The notes below the pieces were generated by a model. That model worked only from the letters and a program-made list of their open reading frames with translations, did not search any database and had not been told where the DNA came from. Positions 1 to 13,275 of a DNA stretch of 64,000 nt are shown piece by piece. Source of the DNA: Camelus dromedarius (taxonomy: Eukaryota); assembly GCF_036321535.1 (NCBI RefSeq), contig NC_087436.1, positions 63,366,001-63,430,000 of the forward strand. The letters are read 5' to 3'. Position 1 is the first letter of the stretch. Every line of letters starts with the position of its first letter. Position numbers and translations under genes: made by a program.

Positions 1-260
1 CTGCATTATTCCACTTATATAAGGTATATAAAATAGTTAAACTCAGAGTAACAGAGAGTAGAATGGTGGTTTCCAGGGGCTGAGGGAGAAAGAAATGAGA
101 GTTGCTATTCAGTTATGCAAGTAAATAAAATCTAGAAAACTGCTGTACAATATTATGCCTATACATAACAATAGTGTATTGTGCACTGAAACATTGTTAA
201 GACTGTTGATCTCATGTTAAGTGTTCTCACCACAATAAAAATGGAATAAGTTAAAAAAAA
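1..260 (+). mobile_element. L1 3' UTR fragment (L1MA/L1MB-like), cut off by the window edge
   Basis: Typical L1 3' UTR wording (agagtagaatggtggtttccagggg ... gatctcatgttaagtgttctcaccacaataaaa) ending in AATAAA and an A-rich tail. Confidence 0.8.
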
Positions 261-2298
261 CACACTCTAAATATAAAGATTCAAATAGATTGAATAGAGA
301 AAATATGATAACAATAGTCAAAAGAAAGCAGGACTGGCTATATTAATGTAAGAGAAAGTTGATTTCAGAGCAAAAAATAGAATCAAGGTTAAAGAAGACC
401 CCTGCATAGCAATAACTATGTCAATTTATCATAGATAGAACAAATCTTAAGTGTTTGTGCACCTAACAGCAGCACTTCAAAATATGTAAAGCAAAAACTT
501 GTATAACTGCAAAGAGAAATATATAAATCAAAATATATAAACAGCTATTTCAACTCCCCTCTCAAGTACTGATGGAAGAAGAGACAGAAAACAATTAAGG
601 TTATAAGAGTTCTGTTCAACACTATCAAACTTGACTCAATTCACATTTATATAACATTCTATCCTACAACAATGGATTATACGTGCTTGTCATATACACA
701 TGGGCCATACTCTCCATCTTATATAAATACGTCTGTTGCAATAGACTTTAGAAAATGGATAGGATATATTCCCATAGGATATATTCTCTGACAAAAATGG
801 AATTAAATCAGCTATTAATCTCAGGAAGATACATTTTTTAAATCTTCAAATATTTAGAAACCAGATAAAATACTTCTAAATAACTCATTACTCAAGAAGA
901 AATAAAAGGGAAATTGCAAAATATTTTGAACTGAGTAAAAGTGAAAACATAACATATTCAAATTCATAAAATGTTATATAAAAGCAGTAGACAGAGGAAA
1001 ATTGATAATACTGAAATTCATTAGAACTATAATAGAAAATCATAAAGTTATCCATAATAAAGGCCTTATGTTCCCCTTTAAGAAACTAAAGCAAATTAAA
1101 TGCAAAGTGAGTAAAAGAAAGGAAATCATAAAGATAAGAGTGGATATCAATGAAATACAAACAGGAAAATAAATAGAGAAACTCAGTAAAGCCACAAATG
1201 ATTCATTAAGAAGATCAATAAACTGACAAGCCTCCAGTCAGATTTATTGGGAAAAATGGGGAAATACACAAAATTACAACTATCAGGATTTAGAAAATTG
1301 ACATCACTATAAATTATATAAATTTTAAAATGATACAATAAGGGAAAGTTCTAAACTACATAATGACAATAAATTCAACAACTTAATACAAATCGGCAAA
1401 ATCCTTGAAACACACATCTTAATCAGGGAAAAAGAGAGAAACTAAACGTAACAGTATGTATTAGAACATAGAAATTATAGCTAAGAACATTCCCACAAAG
1501 AAAATCGGTCAGAATGGATTCACTAGCTAATTCTAGTAAACATTTATAGGAAAAAAATACTTTTTCTACAGAAACAATTCCAGAAAATTGACAAGGATTA
1601 AGAATATATTGCAACTCATTTTATAAGAGAGTTTTCCCCTGATATAAAAACCACAAGAAATACATTACTACAGAAAAGAACTACAAAGTAGTATGCAAAA
1701 ATTACTTTGTCAAAGCAGATGCAAAAATCCTAAACAAAACTTAAGCAAATCAAACCTAAGCAAGTCCTTTTAAACAATGACCCAATAGGAGCAACCCCAG
1801 GAATGAAAGATTTATTTAACATTCAAATACTGATAAATGTAATTCACAATGTTAACAAATTAGTAAAGAAAAACCACATGATCATCTCAGCTGACAAAGA
1901 AAAACCATTTGGCAAAATTCCGTATTTGATTCCTTTCCACAAATGTCTTAGATTAATTGGATATTCATATTAAAAATGAACTTTGATCCATACTTTATTC
2001 TGTATAAATACTAACAAAACTAGATTATTGACATAAATATAAAATTTAAAACAATAATACTTCAATAAAAAATTAGGAGAACATTTTTTGTGAATTTGTC
2101 AATTTCTCAGATATGATACCAAAAGCACAATTCTTTAAAGAAGGAAAAGATCAATTTGATCTCTCCAAAATTAAAAATGTTTGCTTTTCTAAGAACATAG
2201 TTAAAATAATGAAAGACAAACAACAGAATAGGAGAAAATATTTGCAAAGAATATAATTGAGTCTCTGCAATACATTAAATTTTTTAAAATTCACTTTT
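261..2298 (+). mobile_element. Old, decayed L1 (L1MC/MD/ME-like), ORF2 body; left part of a host element
   Basis: A-rich ORF2-like sequence (aaagaaagcaggactggctatattaat; gcagatgcaaaaatcctaaacaaaa; aaaaaccacatgatcatctca; gagaaaatatttgcaaa) with no long ORF. Confidence 0.8.
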
Positions 2299-2311
2299 AA
2301 AATGCCAATTT

Positions 2312-2536
2312 AAAATTTGGGGAATTACAGATACTAACTACTATATATATAATAGATAAACAGCAAGGTCCCATTGTATAGCACAGGGAATTATATTCAG
2401 TATTTTGTAACAGCCTATAATGAAAAAGAACATGAAAAAGAATACACACACACACACACATATATAACTGAATCATTATGTTGTACACCAGAAATTAACA
2501 CAACATTGTAAACTGACTATACTACAATAAAAAAAA
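2312..2536 (+). mobile_element. Short 5'-truncated young L1 3' end with approximate TSD
   Basis: gatactaactactatatat...tgtatagcacagggaa...tgtacaccagaaattaacacaacattgtaaactgactatactacaataaaaaaaa. Flanked by aaaatgccaattt (2299-2311) and aaaatgccaacttt (2533-2546). Confidence 0.88.
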
Positions 2537-2559
2537 TGCCAACTTTAATAAAAGGACAC

Positions 2560-4405
2560 TACAAAACACTGATTAAGGAAATTAAAGGACTTAAAGAAAT
2601 GGAAAGACATCCCATGCTCTTGGATTAGAAAAATTAATATTGTTAAAATAGCCATACTCCCCAAAGTATTCGACAGATTTAACATGATCCCTAACAAATT
2701 ACCCAGGACATTTTCCACAAAACTAGAACAAATAATCCTAAAATTTATATGGAATCACAAAAGACCCAGAATTGCCAATGCAATACTGAGAAAAAAGAAT
2801 GAAGCTGGACGAATAACCCTCCTAGATTTCAGACAATACTACAGAGCTACAGAAATCAAAATAGCATGGTATTGGCACAAAAACAGACACATGGATCAAT
2901 GGAACAGAATAGGGAGCCCCAAAATAAACCTACAGCCTTATGGTAAATTGATCTTCCACAAAGGAGGCAAGAATATACAATGGAGTAAAGACAGTCTCTT
3001 CCTCAAGTGGCATTGGGAAAACTGGACAGCTGCATGTAAATCAATGAAGTTAGAACACTCCCTCACACCACATACAAAAATAAACTCAAAATGGCTTAAA
3101 GACTTAAATATAACACAAGACACTATAAACCTCTTAGAAGAAAATACAGGCAAAACATTCTCTGATGTAAATCTTGGCAATGATCTCTGTGGGCAGTCTA
3201 CCCAGGCAACAGAAATAAAAGCAAAAATAAACAAATGGGATCTAATTAAACTTATAAGCTTTTGCACAGCAAAGGAAACCGTAAGTAAAACAAAAAGACA
3301 ACCCATGGAATGGGAGAAAATATTTGCAAATGATGATACTGACAAGGACTTACTTTCCAGAATATATAAACAGCTCATACAACTTAATAAGAAAAGAAAC
3401 AAACAACACAATCCAAATATGGGCAGAAGACCTAAACAAGCAATTCTCCAATGAAGATATACAAATGGCCAATAGGCACCTGAAAAAATGCTCAATTTCC
3501 CTAATTATCAAAGAAGTGCAAATCAAAACTACAATGAGGTATTACCTCACACCAGTCAGAATGGCAATCATTCAAAAGTCCAAAAACAATAAATGTTGGA
3601 GAGGGTGTGGAGAAAAGGAAACCCCACTACACTGTTGATGGGAATGTAGTTTGGTACAGCCATTATGGAAAACAGTATGGAGATTCCTCAAAAAACTGAA
3701 AATAGACTTACCATATGATCCAGCAACTCCATTCCTGGGCATATATCCAGAGGGAACTCTAATTTGAAAAGATACATGCACCCCAATGTTCATAGAAGCA
3801 CTATGGCTTCTACAATAGGCAAGACATGGAAGCAATCTAAATGTCCATTGACAGGTGATGTGATAAAGAAGTTGTGGTATATTTATATAATGGAATACTA
3901 CTCAGCCATAAAAAGAATAAAATAACAACATTTGCAGCAACATGGATAGACCCAGAGATTGCCATTCTAAGTAAGCCAGAAAGAGAAAGAAAAATACCAT
4001 ATGATATCACTCATATGTGGAACCTTAAAAAAAAAAAAAAAGACACAAATGAACTTATTTACAGAAAAGAAACAGACTCACAGACATGGAAAGCAAACTT
4101 ATGGTTACCAGAGGTGAAAAGGGGTGAGAAGGGATAAATTGGGTGTTTGGGATTTGCAGATACTAACTACTACATATAAAATACATAAACAGTGAGTTCC
4201 TACTGTATAGCACAGGGAACTATATTCAATATCTTGTAGTAGCTTATAATGAAAAAGAATATGAAAACAATATATGTATGTATATGTATGACTGTAACAT
4301 TATACTGTACACCAGACACTGACACAACATTGTAAACTGATTATACTACAATAAAATCACATTCCTTATCTTAAGAAAACCTTAAAAATTAAATTAAAAA
4401 AATTT
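2560..4405 (+). mobile_element. 5'-truncated young L1 (3' part of ORF2 plus 3' UTR) with 11-bp TSD
   Basis: ORF2 remnants, 3' UTR and AATAAA at 4350-4355. Exact direct repeat taaaaggacac at 2549-2559 and 4406-4416. Confidence 0.93.
2684..3830 (+). pseudogene. Frameshifted C-terminal remnant of L1 ORF2p
   Basis: ORF 2684-3454 ([47 protein letters not shown]) and ORF 3324-3638 ([15 protein letters not shown], the cysteine-rich motif) are L1 ORF2p motifs lying in different frames. Confidence 0.93.
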
Positions 4406-4416
4406 TAAAAGGACAC

Positions 4417-4995
4417 AAATTTGAAAAGGTACTTAACCAAAGAAGATACATACTGAAGATGCTCATCACCATTCATTAGTTATTAGGAAACTAAAATTAA
4501 AGCCATAATGACATACTACCATGCACACAGTAGGATGGCTAAAAGTTAAAAATACTGATCACATCAAATGCTAAAGGACTGTTTATATTAACTCAAAGTG
4601 GAAGCAACAAGAATATCCAATAACAGGTGAATGAAAAAACAAACTGGTATACCCATGCAATGGAAAGATACTCAAAAACTAAAATGAATGAGTTCTTGAA
4701 ACATGCTACAATATGAATGATTCTCTAAATAATTATGTTGAATTAATAAACCAAACCAAAAAAAAATCACATATACTCTATCTCTTTATATACATTTCTA
4801 CAAAATGAAACCTAGTCTTTAGTGAGAAATTAGATCAGTGGTTTCTTGCAGGGCAAGAAGAAAATTTATAATGATAAATATGTTAATTATCTTAATTTTG
4901 TTGATGGTTTCTCCATGTATACATATGTAAAGTGTTTAATTTTATAACTAAATAGGCACAACTTATTGTTTGCCAATACTATATTTTAAAACTCT
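4417..4995 (+). mobile_element. Old L1 host element resumed: end of ORF2 and L1MC/MD/ME-type 3' UTR
   Basis: ttaaccaaagaagatacata...aagatgctca...ttagttattaggaaa continues the ORF2 sequence interrupted near 2300. It ends with gatggtttctccatgtatacatatgtaaa...ttattgtttgccaatac. Confidence 0.8.
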
Positions 4996-6809
4996 TGATT
5001 TTAAGAAATTCTGTTCATCAGGAGACTTTACAAAAACAGCTGAAAGAAGAAGGGAAATAAAACTATGGACTAGTTTAATTAGTGCTTAGTGTCATCATTA
5101 GCGTGATGATTTCTGGCTGGAGGTGCAGAGGCTTCCTATGGGCAAATGGCTGAACTACCTCTAGGGACTGTACGTAGCTTTAAGGACTGTGGTGAGCACC
5201 AGCGTTTCATTATGTGTAACAAGAGAAAGGAATGAAAAGAAAGGAAAATGTTCAGTTAGATGCAATAATCCCATTAACTTCTTTGTATTCTGTATTTTTG
5301 CTCCAGAGAATTGATGCTGAAGGTTTGAACCTGCATGTGATGTCCAGAACTAAACGAGTATTACCATAATGTGTTTGCCAGATGTTGGTCCATCCAGAGA
5401 TATATGATACAGTATTTTTCTCTCAATTTTTGTATCATTTTTAATTAAAAATATTCCATGCATAGAATAATTGCCCCTAATTGGAAATCACATAGTCTAT
5501 AATTAACAATTAGGGTAATTATTAACTCATGGATTAAATAGGTATTGAGAAGTAAAATTATCATGAATATATCTCAAATCACATTGGTAAGAAAAGCCAG
5601 TTTGCACAAGTAGAATACAAAAAGCTGCTTCATAAGGATGCTTATCATTAAGACGTACATCATATACACTCTTTCTCATGTCAGTTTAATATCATAATTG
5701 TGATATGCACAATTCTAGCAATGAAAATAAAAATATTTCATGCAAACTATAGCAAGGTAAGACTGTGAGTTTTGTCTCACTATCCTGTCAACATTTACAA
5801 GGAAGATTTTTCTCTGTAAGCCTTGAGTTGACAAGTTTTCTAACTCTGTGAACTGAGTGTACATCTAGAAAGTATGTCATGAAACTTCAAGGCACTTGCT
5901 TTTATTTGACAAGTATGTGTTGTTAGGTTTCCCCATTGACTTAATTATCCCTTTCCTTTGAATCACAACAGGCCTTATGTAGCCATACGAGAAAATGGCC
6001 AATATCTCCTGGCCCCTCTCGTGAATCTAATCAGTGAATTCCTCAGCAAGACCATTTTAATAGACATCTTAAATCTTTCAAGAGGCTTCTAAAGTTCAGT
6101 TTTGCCTAGATAGATGCTTCTATATTATTTCTCTCCATATTCTTTAAAGCAGCCATTATTGACATTTTTGTTTGTGTACATATCAACTTCTTTTTTACAC
6201 ACCAGACAAACAGCAAACATAATCTCAGAATTTTATTCTATTAGAGGAAAGGAAACTTCAGAGAAAGCAGTGATTCTGGCACCCTACAAATCAGTAAAAT
6301 TTGAGGATCCATTTAAAGAATATCTGTCATTTTGACAGCTCTTTCAGGCCTTGAACCAGAAGAACCTGTTATCTTAGTGCTCAATAAAAATTACTGATTG
6401 GACTGTTGTGAGGGAGAATTGTGACAGAGATGGAAAGAGTGACTGGAAAATAATAGAAATATGAGAAAACAGAGTAATAAACAAAGACAAGGACAGAAGG
6501 GATGAAGGAGGAATGCTTAACGGAGGAACACAGGGCATAGAAAAAAATACAGCAAACTCGAAGTCTAAAAAGCAAGGAGAGCCATCCTCACAAAAATGCA
6601 TGTCCAATAGAGTTAACCATACATTTTTCAGCTTAATAGCTTGCTTCAGACAAAGTACTCCTACAAAGCACTTTTCCCCACTTTTATAGTCACTTAATTT
6701 GAGTGAATAGGGCTTACTTGAAGAAGTTTGTTCTCATATGAGTTCAGAAAATATCAAGAGATAAAGCTGGAGATAATCATGTAATTTCAATACAACACAG
6801 GCTGCATCA

Positions 6810-7290
6810 TTTAGTATCCAAGGCAGAAAACAGAAACCACTCACTCTAAGGAAAAAAGAATTCAGTATTAAAACTAGGTGCTTACAAAATTGTTGAAAAG
6901 GCTAAAGGAGCCAGTTCAAGGCTGACTCCAGAGTGATTCCAAGGAGAATCTAAAACCAGCCTACTTTTGAAGCTAGGCTGTTCTAAGGCGGGCTGTAATG
7001 CCTTGTCTCTTTCCAGAGAAGCCTTAACAGCAAAAAACTGAAATGACACACAAAGCTGTAACCCATGGAGTAAGCAGTAAAATGAAGTGGTTACTGCTTC
7101 TTTCAGAAAGCTGAACAAGGAGCACTGGGCCCCAGTGCAAGAGGACCATGAATTTCCAAAATAATAAGGGTAGCCAGAGTTGTAAGAGGGCCTTCCCTGA
7201 CTCTGACCTCCAATTTTTACGGGCACACATGTAATTCATATCTAGAATCCTAGCTATAAGGAAATTTAGAAAATGTGGGTTTTAAGCATT
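6810..7290 (-). mobile_element. Old MaLR (MLT1-family) LTR remnant
   Basis: gcagaaaacagaaaccactc at one end and cctagctataaggaaatttagaaaatgtgg at the other resemble old MLT1 motifs. Highly diverged. Confidence 0.4.
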
Positions 7291-7338
7291 TCAAAATCTC
7301 ATAATATTTTTACATGAGGAGATATATACAGATATTTA

Positions 7339-7393
<55 letters not shown>
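7339..7393. repeat. (TATC)n tetranucleotide microsatellite, about 13 units
   Basis: Perfect tandem run read directly. Confidence 0.97.
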
Positions 7394-8199
7394 GCGTAGA
7401 GATAGAACTTAATTTTACATGTAGTAATATAAAATAAATATCCCGGGGGGTTCCTACATATGATACTAAAAAGATGAACAGTTTTTTTGAAAATTTGGGT
7501 ACTTTTCTTTTTATCACTGATATATGGGGTCCAAAGAAAGTAAAATGAGGTGACAGATATGGATGACACATAGTATCATGTAATTTCTGTTTTAGAAACT
7601 TTAATTTGGCCATTCCTTGATAACATTATGGGGCTCAGAAAGTATATCAGGTTTTGATCATTTAAATACAATATCTGCAATCCTTTAGATAAATATGAAA
7701 CAGGGATTGTCAAATTTGGTGATTTTGATATTTAAGTAATACACCTCAAATTTCATATGAAAAGTAAATAAGGTGGATGATTTGAAAGTACTGAATGAAT
7801 GTTGCATCTTCCCCAAACTTGCTTAACTTTTCCAGTCAGAATACATGGCACTTTAATAGGATGTACATTTCATATATGCCTGTTTGCATAGAGAATTCAG
7901 TGGCAAAACTTTATACAAATTAGCAACTCCCAGGGCATAACAATATACGGGTCGCCAATAGATTTGCTGTTCTCACTTCTATTCCATTCTTCGCAAAAGA
8001 GTATTAAAGCAAAACCTCCTTCATTATAGGCCCTCTATACTGAAGTAATTCCTCCTAAACGTGTAATTTTCCTATTAAAGTTTATCACTAACACTGTTTA
8101 TATCCTCAGTATTTCTCATTTCATAGATAACACTACATTTTTTACTTGTTTTTCAACTTCTCTAACTTCTCTACTTAAGCCCACAAATTCACCCTAAAA

Positions 8200-8785
8200 T
8201 ATGATTCTAATTCTTTCACTTCCATGCTCATCTTTTCATTATTTTCAATGCTTCCCATCCGTCCCTCCATTTTAGTCCAATTCTTTACTAAAAACTTTAG
8301 TTCAAATTCTTGAGCTTATCACTCAGGGTGACCCTTATCACCACAACTGTACCTCCTTCCCATTGCCCTAGTCACTGTATAGCTTTTGTAAAGTTCACGT
8401 GCCACCATGTCATTTCCAATTTTTCCCCATATTCTTCCACTGACACATTTTTTCATGCTGTTCATTTCATATACAGTGTCTTTTCTTCCCCATCTCCCAC
8501 TGTTGACTTTTGTTCATCCTTCACAAATCAGCAAAAATGTTAACTTCTTTAAATTTCTTTCCCCATCATTCACCAGGAGTGACTTATTTTTCCTCTGAAG
8601 TTTTAAAGACATATTTCAGTCTTTTATGGCATGTGACAATCTCTCTTGTTTAATAATTATTTTGTGTCCCCTACTATGCTACAAGCTGATGGAGGAGAGA
8701 TGGTGTCTATGTTTATGCCTCATAGTGCTAGTTAGCATAATGACATATGCTGAGTAGACACAAAGTTATTATTGATTGAATACAT
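8200..8785 (+). mobile_element. L2 3' region
   Basis: Pyrimidine-rich L2-like body ending ctacaagctgatggaggagagatggtgtct...tgagtagacacaaagttattattgattgaat. Confidence 0.55.
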
Positions 8786-9768
8786 ACATTCCTGAATCAT
8801 TCTAGAAGCAGAAATTATGTCCTATTCATTAAAAACACAAAAACAACTGCATATTTAGTCTTTTTTCTACCATTTCTTCCTCTGATATCCTCCAGAGAGT
8901 AGCTTGAATCAGTTTTGCAATTATCTAACTAAGACATAATTCATTCATAGGCTTTTTCTTATTATTTTACATAATCACTTTGTAGAATTCTGAACTTTCA
9001 TTATAAATCAGAGTTTAAAGTTTTCAGATTCATGGAGAAAACTGTATTGGGGATTAAATGAAAAAAAAAATCAATGCACAACCAGCTTTAAAAATACCAC
9101 TTTACAAACTACACAATTATACACTTGTGCTAATTCACTTTTCTTAATACTTAAAATAGGTTACTATTTTTCATATTTATAATGGATTTATCACAGTTTT
9201 TAAGACAAATTTCTGTGAAAACAAAAATTAATAAATAAAAAGCAGGCCTTCCTATTTTAATTCAGGAACGCTGATAAAAAGTAAAATGGACCCCAAGTAC
9301 ACACATACATACATACACACAGCTTTTAGTTTGTACAAATTACTTGAAACATTAGATTTTGAATAATAATATTAAACTGAATATAATAATCTACATATAT
9401 AATTTTAAGTGTTTTTAAAATTATATTGCATGACATGGAAATTGGAAATAACGTAAATGTAACTTTGGGAGGGAATCAGATTTATTTTATTGTCATTCAC
9501 CCAGAATGCTGAAAGCCAGTTTGGATAGAGAAATACTGAACCCAAATATAAGGTGATTTAAATACCAGGGAAAATCAAACACCACAGGTTGCCTTGTTTG
9601 ACTACTTATTTAGGTATTAGGCTGAGGCTTTGGAGCTGAACATGATGTGCAGGACTGCATTGTACATGGGACATTTTGGACTGCTTTTTAAATTTGAAAA
9701 GGTAGGCATAGTCTTGTCACTTACATTCTGACAATTTTAAATCAAACTCTTCTCTCTTCAACTGCTTT

Positions 9769-9917
9769 TTTAAAAACTGAAAAAAATTTTTAATTTAAAA
9801 AATTTTTGTGGAGGAGAATTAGGCTTTTATTTATCTTTTAATGGAGGTACTGGGGATTGAACCCAGGACCTTGTGCAAGCTAGACATGCTCTCTACCACT
9901 AAGCTATACCCTCCCCA
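9769..9917 (-). mobile_element. tRNA-derived SINE (camelid Vic-1-like) with 13-bp TSD
   Basis: Minus strand reads ggggagggtatagcttagtggtagag...ggttcaatccccagtacctcc (Pol III A and B boxes) followed by an A-rich tail. TSD cttcaactgcttt at 9756-9768 and 9918-9930. Confidence 0.92.
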
Positions 9918-12900
9918 CTTCAACTGCTTTCTTAAGATATTTTCCCCCTCACCAACACATATGGCCACATACAGGTGGTCATTATTCTTACCAGTATGAA
10001 CCAAATACCGTCTTAACCTGCCTTTTGCCCAGCCACTGCCAAAGTGATTATTCAAAACTGTACACGTGATAGACATTTCCTTATATCAAATCTTATAATA
10101 AGTGTCCATTTTCATCAAAATATACTCCAAAGTCATCCTGAAATACAAGACCTTTCATGAAATGAACTCAGTCTTACCCTACATTGCCCAGCTTTAATTT
10201 TCACCACTCCCTCTTTGATTTTGTCTGAGCAGTTCAAAAATACATAATCTCTTGGGGAGTTTATTAATACATTAATTTATGATAGATTAAAAAAACTCAC
10301 TGTTTTATGATGGGACAAAGCATAATAAAATTTTAAATGCAAATTCAATTACTTTATAAATATATATTAAAGACACATGATAATTCAAGCGCAAGTGAGC
10401 CATTAGGATTCCAAGACCAAACGAACAATTCCTAAGAAACCAGGTCTCTAAGGAGGACAGAGAATTTGGACTTAGTGGCCAGATAACAAAGCTAAAGCAT
10501 CCAGGGTTATCATCTTGCAAAGACTCAGTGTTTATTTCCTTCCTAACTCAAGGAATTTTCTTATTGCTTAGTTTATTTCTTTGCTTCATATAGCTTTGCT
10601 TTAAAATTGAATGTGTGTTAGTGTTATGGAGAGGAATTAAAGAGATTTGCCGATGGAAGTAAAGACAGCCTTCTCAACCCTTGCTAGGGACAAAATGGGG
10701 ATGAAAACGATGGTAATTCCAGGGTTCAAGGTGAAGGAAAAAGGGAAATAAGGGGTGACTCAAAACAGACCCCAAAGTAACTGTTAAGAGCAACGTAACA
10801 AGAGAGAAGGAGGCTGAAGTGTGGATTGGGTCAGAAGTGGAATTAAAAAACAAAAGAAAACAAGAAATAAAAAGAAACCCATCAAGTACATTAGAGGCAG
10901 GTGATATTGAAAGTGGAGTGAAAGTCAACCCCGAGTTCTCCTTGAGATAAAAATCCCCCTCTGAAAACACAAAGTTCTCTTCCTGCATTCCTGATTTCAC
11001 ACAGAATTACCTGAAAAATTTTGCAGGCACGGCTAGGATCTCTGAGTATTCAAGATATCTAAAGTAGGTCACTTTGAAATAATTCTTTTAAAAAGTCCTT
11101 CTTATTGATTCATAAATCACTGAATAAAAAACAATAATATAAGAATCATAAATAGCAGAATGTCTGTTGTTCATAAAAGGTAATTTTTGCCTTCCTATGA
11201 GCCTGACCATATTAACAAACTCTAAACTGAGGGGAGGAGGCAGGGAATCCAAGAAAAATAATATTCCATTTGTTGACTTCTGAGGTGTGTTGTTTATAGT
11301 TTACAAATTCATATAATTGCATAGATGGAATGTCACAGTCAGTAGAATGATGAGGGAAGCAGATGGTATAAACATTTATTAAAAAATGAGCCACCTTCTT
11401 ACATATATGATAGTCTTACTTCATTCTTCAGGATTTGCATTTTAAATGATTAAGGACCCAGTAGGACAGCATGAAACCTCATTAACAAAGATATATCTTT
11501 AGGCATCTACCCGAAGGGAAAGTGGTGATTTTTCCACCTCACGGCCCTCAGTTTAAATGCCTGCTGATTTGTTTCATCTCTACATACTTCAAAGTATTTC
11601 AGCCATGTTAATGCAGCTTTTAACTATAGAAACTGACAGAATACAAAATCAAGCTTTTAGCTATATCTTATAATAAACAAACCAAAACGTTTTTCATTTA
11701 TGAAGCTTCTACTTTCCATGACACCGTGTAATATATTAGTGGTTAACTAAGGGCTTCTCTTGATCGTAAGGTACGAGGGGATAAACAAACTGCTCTGATT
11801 TTGCAGTTCATTATGTAAACTAACATAGCAGATTTGCTTTTAAACTGAGGTGGTGTCTTTAGCTGCTGCTTTGAAGTAAGATGCTGAGAGTAATAGGGTT
11901 GGTAGAGATCATACATTCTCACTGTACATACAGCAAAGGCGGTATAATAATTAAGGTTTAATCAGAGCATTCATCTGCTGCTTTCCCATCACTGTTGGAG
12001 TAATAATAGCATTATAGATTAGGTAGAAACTTGCAACAAAGTTAGGCAACTGCATCGTAAAAAGCAATATTGATGTATAAAAGAATTAGGTAAACTTAGT
12101 CAATGAAGCATAGCATCTCATTCATATTAACCTCCAGCAGGGCACTCACACTCCCAGGCATTGATCCAATCATTTGCTTGCCTAACTGTTTTCCACCTTC
12201 CGTGTAGTTGCTTACCTCTTTTCTGAAACACCCACTGTCTTCTTTAGAAATGCTTTGTATTCTCTCTTTTACTGGGTATGACCTAAGAAAAAGAAATGGT
12301 AGGCTATTTTAAGCAAAAGACTGTATTGAAGCAATTAAAGCTGCATGTACTAGGAAAACATCTAGGAGAAACGTGGGCTTTTTTTCATTTGTCTTAGAAC
12401 TGGAAGTGTGAATTCAAGAAAGGCGATCCTACTGACTTTGCAGGAACTTTACAGGATAGTGGGACTTCCAAAGCACATAAGCCCTTTAGGTGTTAGGTTA
12501 AAGGAGAACACTGGTGTGTGTGCGTGTGTGTGTGCATGTTGTAGTGTGTGGCTTTCTTTTGCTGGTTTACTTTATTATTTATCCCAATGTTGATTATATA
12601 CCAATCAATGTTTTTCAACTCTACTTTCATGATAAGAAATAGACATTTTATAAGCAACAGTGAGCATTTAAGTCAGTGAAAAGAACAGTTATTCTCAGAA
12701 TAGAAAGGAAGTGTCTGTTCTGGGTGAATTTGGGAATGTGAGAGCAGAGGATTTAACTAACTGCTATGGATTTCAATGAGACGGAGAGGTTTTCTATCCT
12801 GACCCCTGTAAAAACATAAAGAATTGTTATCATGGCTCTCAATAATCTACCATGTTAGATGATAAACAACCAAGAATTCCATGAAAATGGTAGAGAAAAT

Positions 12901-13129
12901 TAAGTCAAGGTTCACTTGACACATTGACACCTAAGTACAAGGCAAGTATAAGGAAACATTAAAGCAAGTGCTCAAACACTTTTCCTTAATATATAAATTT
13001 CCTCCAATTCATCTAGGGACAAGACCAATCACCTCTAAGTGCTGAAGAAGACGAAAGTGAGCCAAGTCTATTATATTAAAGTGTCCAAAATAATCTGCTT
13101 TTGTTTATTTATTTACTTATTTAAGCTTA

Positions 13130-13275
13130 TTTTAAAAAACCCAGAAATTTATTTCTCACAGTTTTAGAGGCTAGAAGTCTGAAGTCAGAGTGCCTGCATG
13201 GTTGGGTGAGGGTCTCTTCCAGATTGCAGACCTTTCCTCCTTTCCTTGTGTCCTCACATGGCAAAAGGGGCTGCC
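13130..13275 (-). mobile_element. MLT1A-like MaLR LTR fragment
   Basis: aaatttatttctcacagttttagaggctagaagtc...gtgtcctcacatggc is characteristic of MLT1. Confidence 0.8.

Noticed and set aside
2938..3835. Minus-strand ORFs of 185 aa and 87 aa
   Set aside because: They are antisense readings of L1 ORF2, a well-known source of spurious ORFs.
9836..9917. tRNA-like sequence with A and B boxes
   Set aside because: It has a tail and a TSD, and a second copy lies at 55.2 kb, so it is a SINE rather than a tRNA gene.
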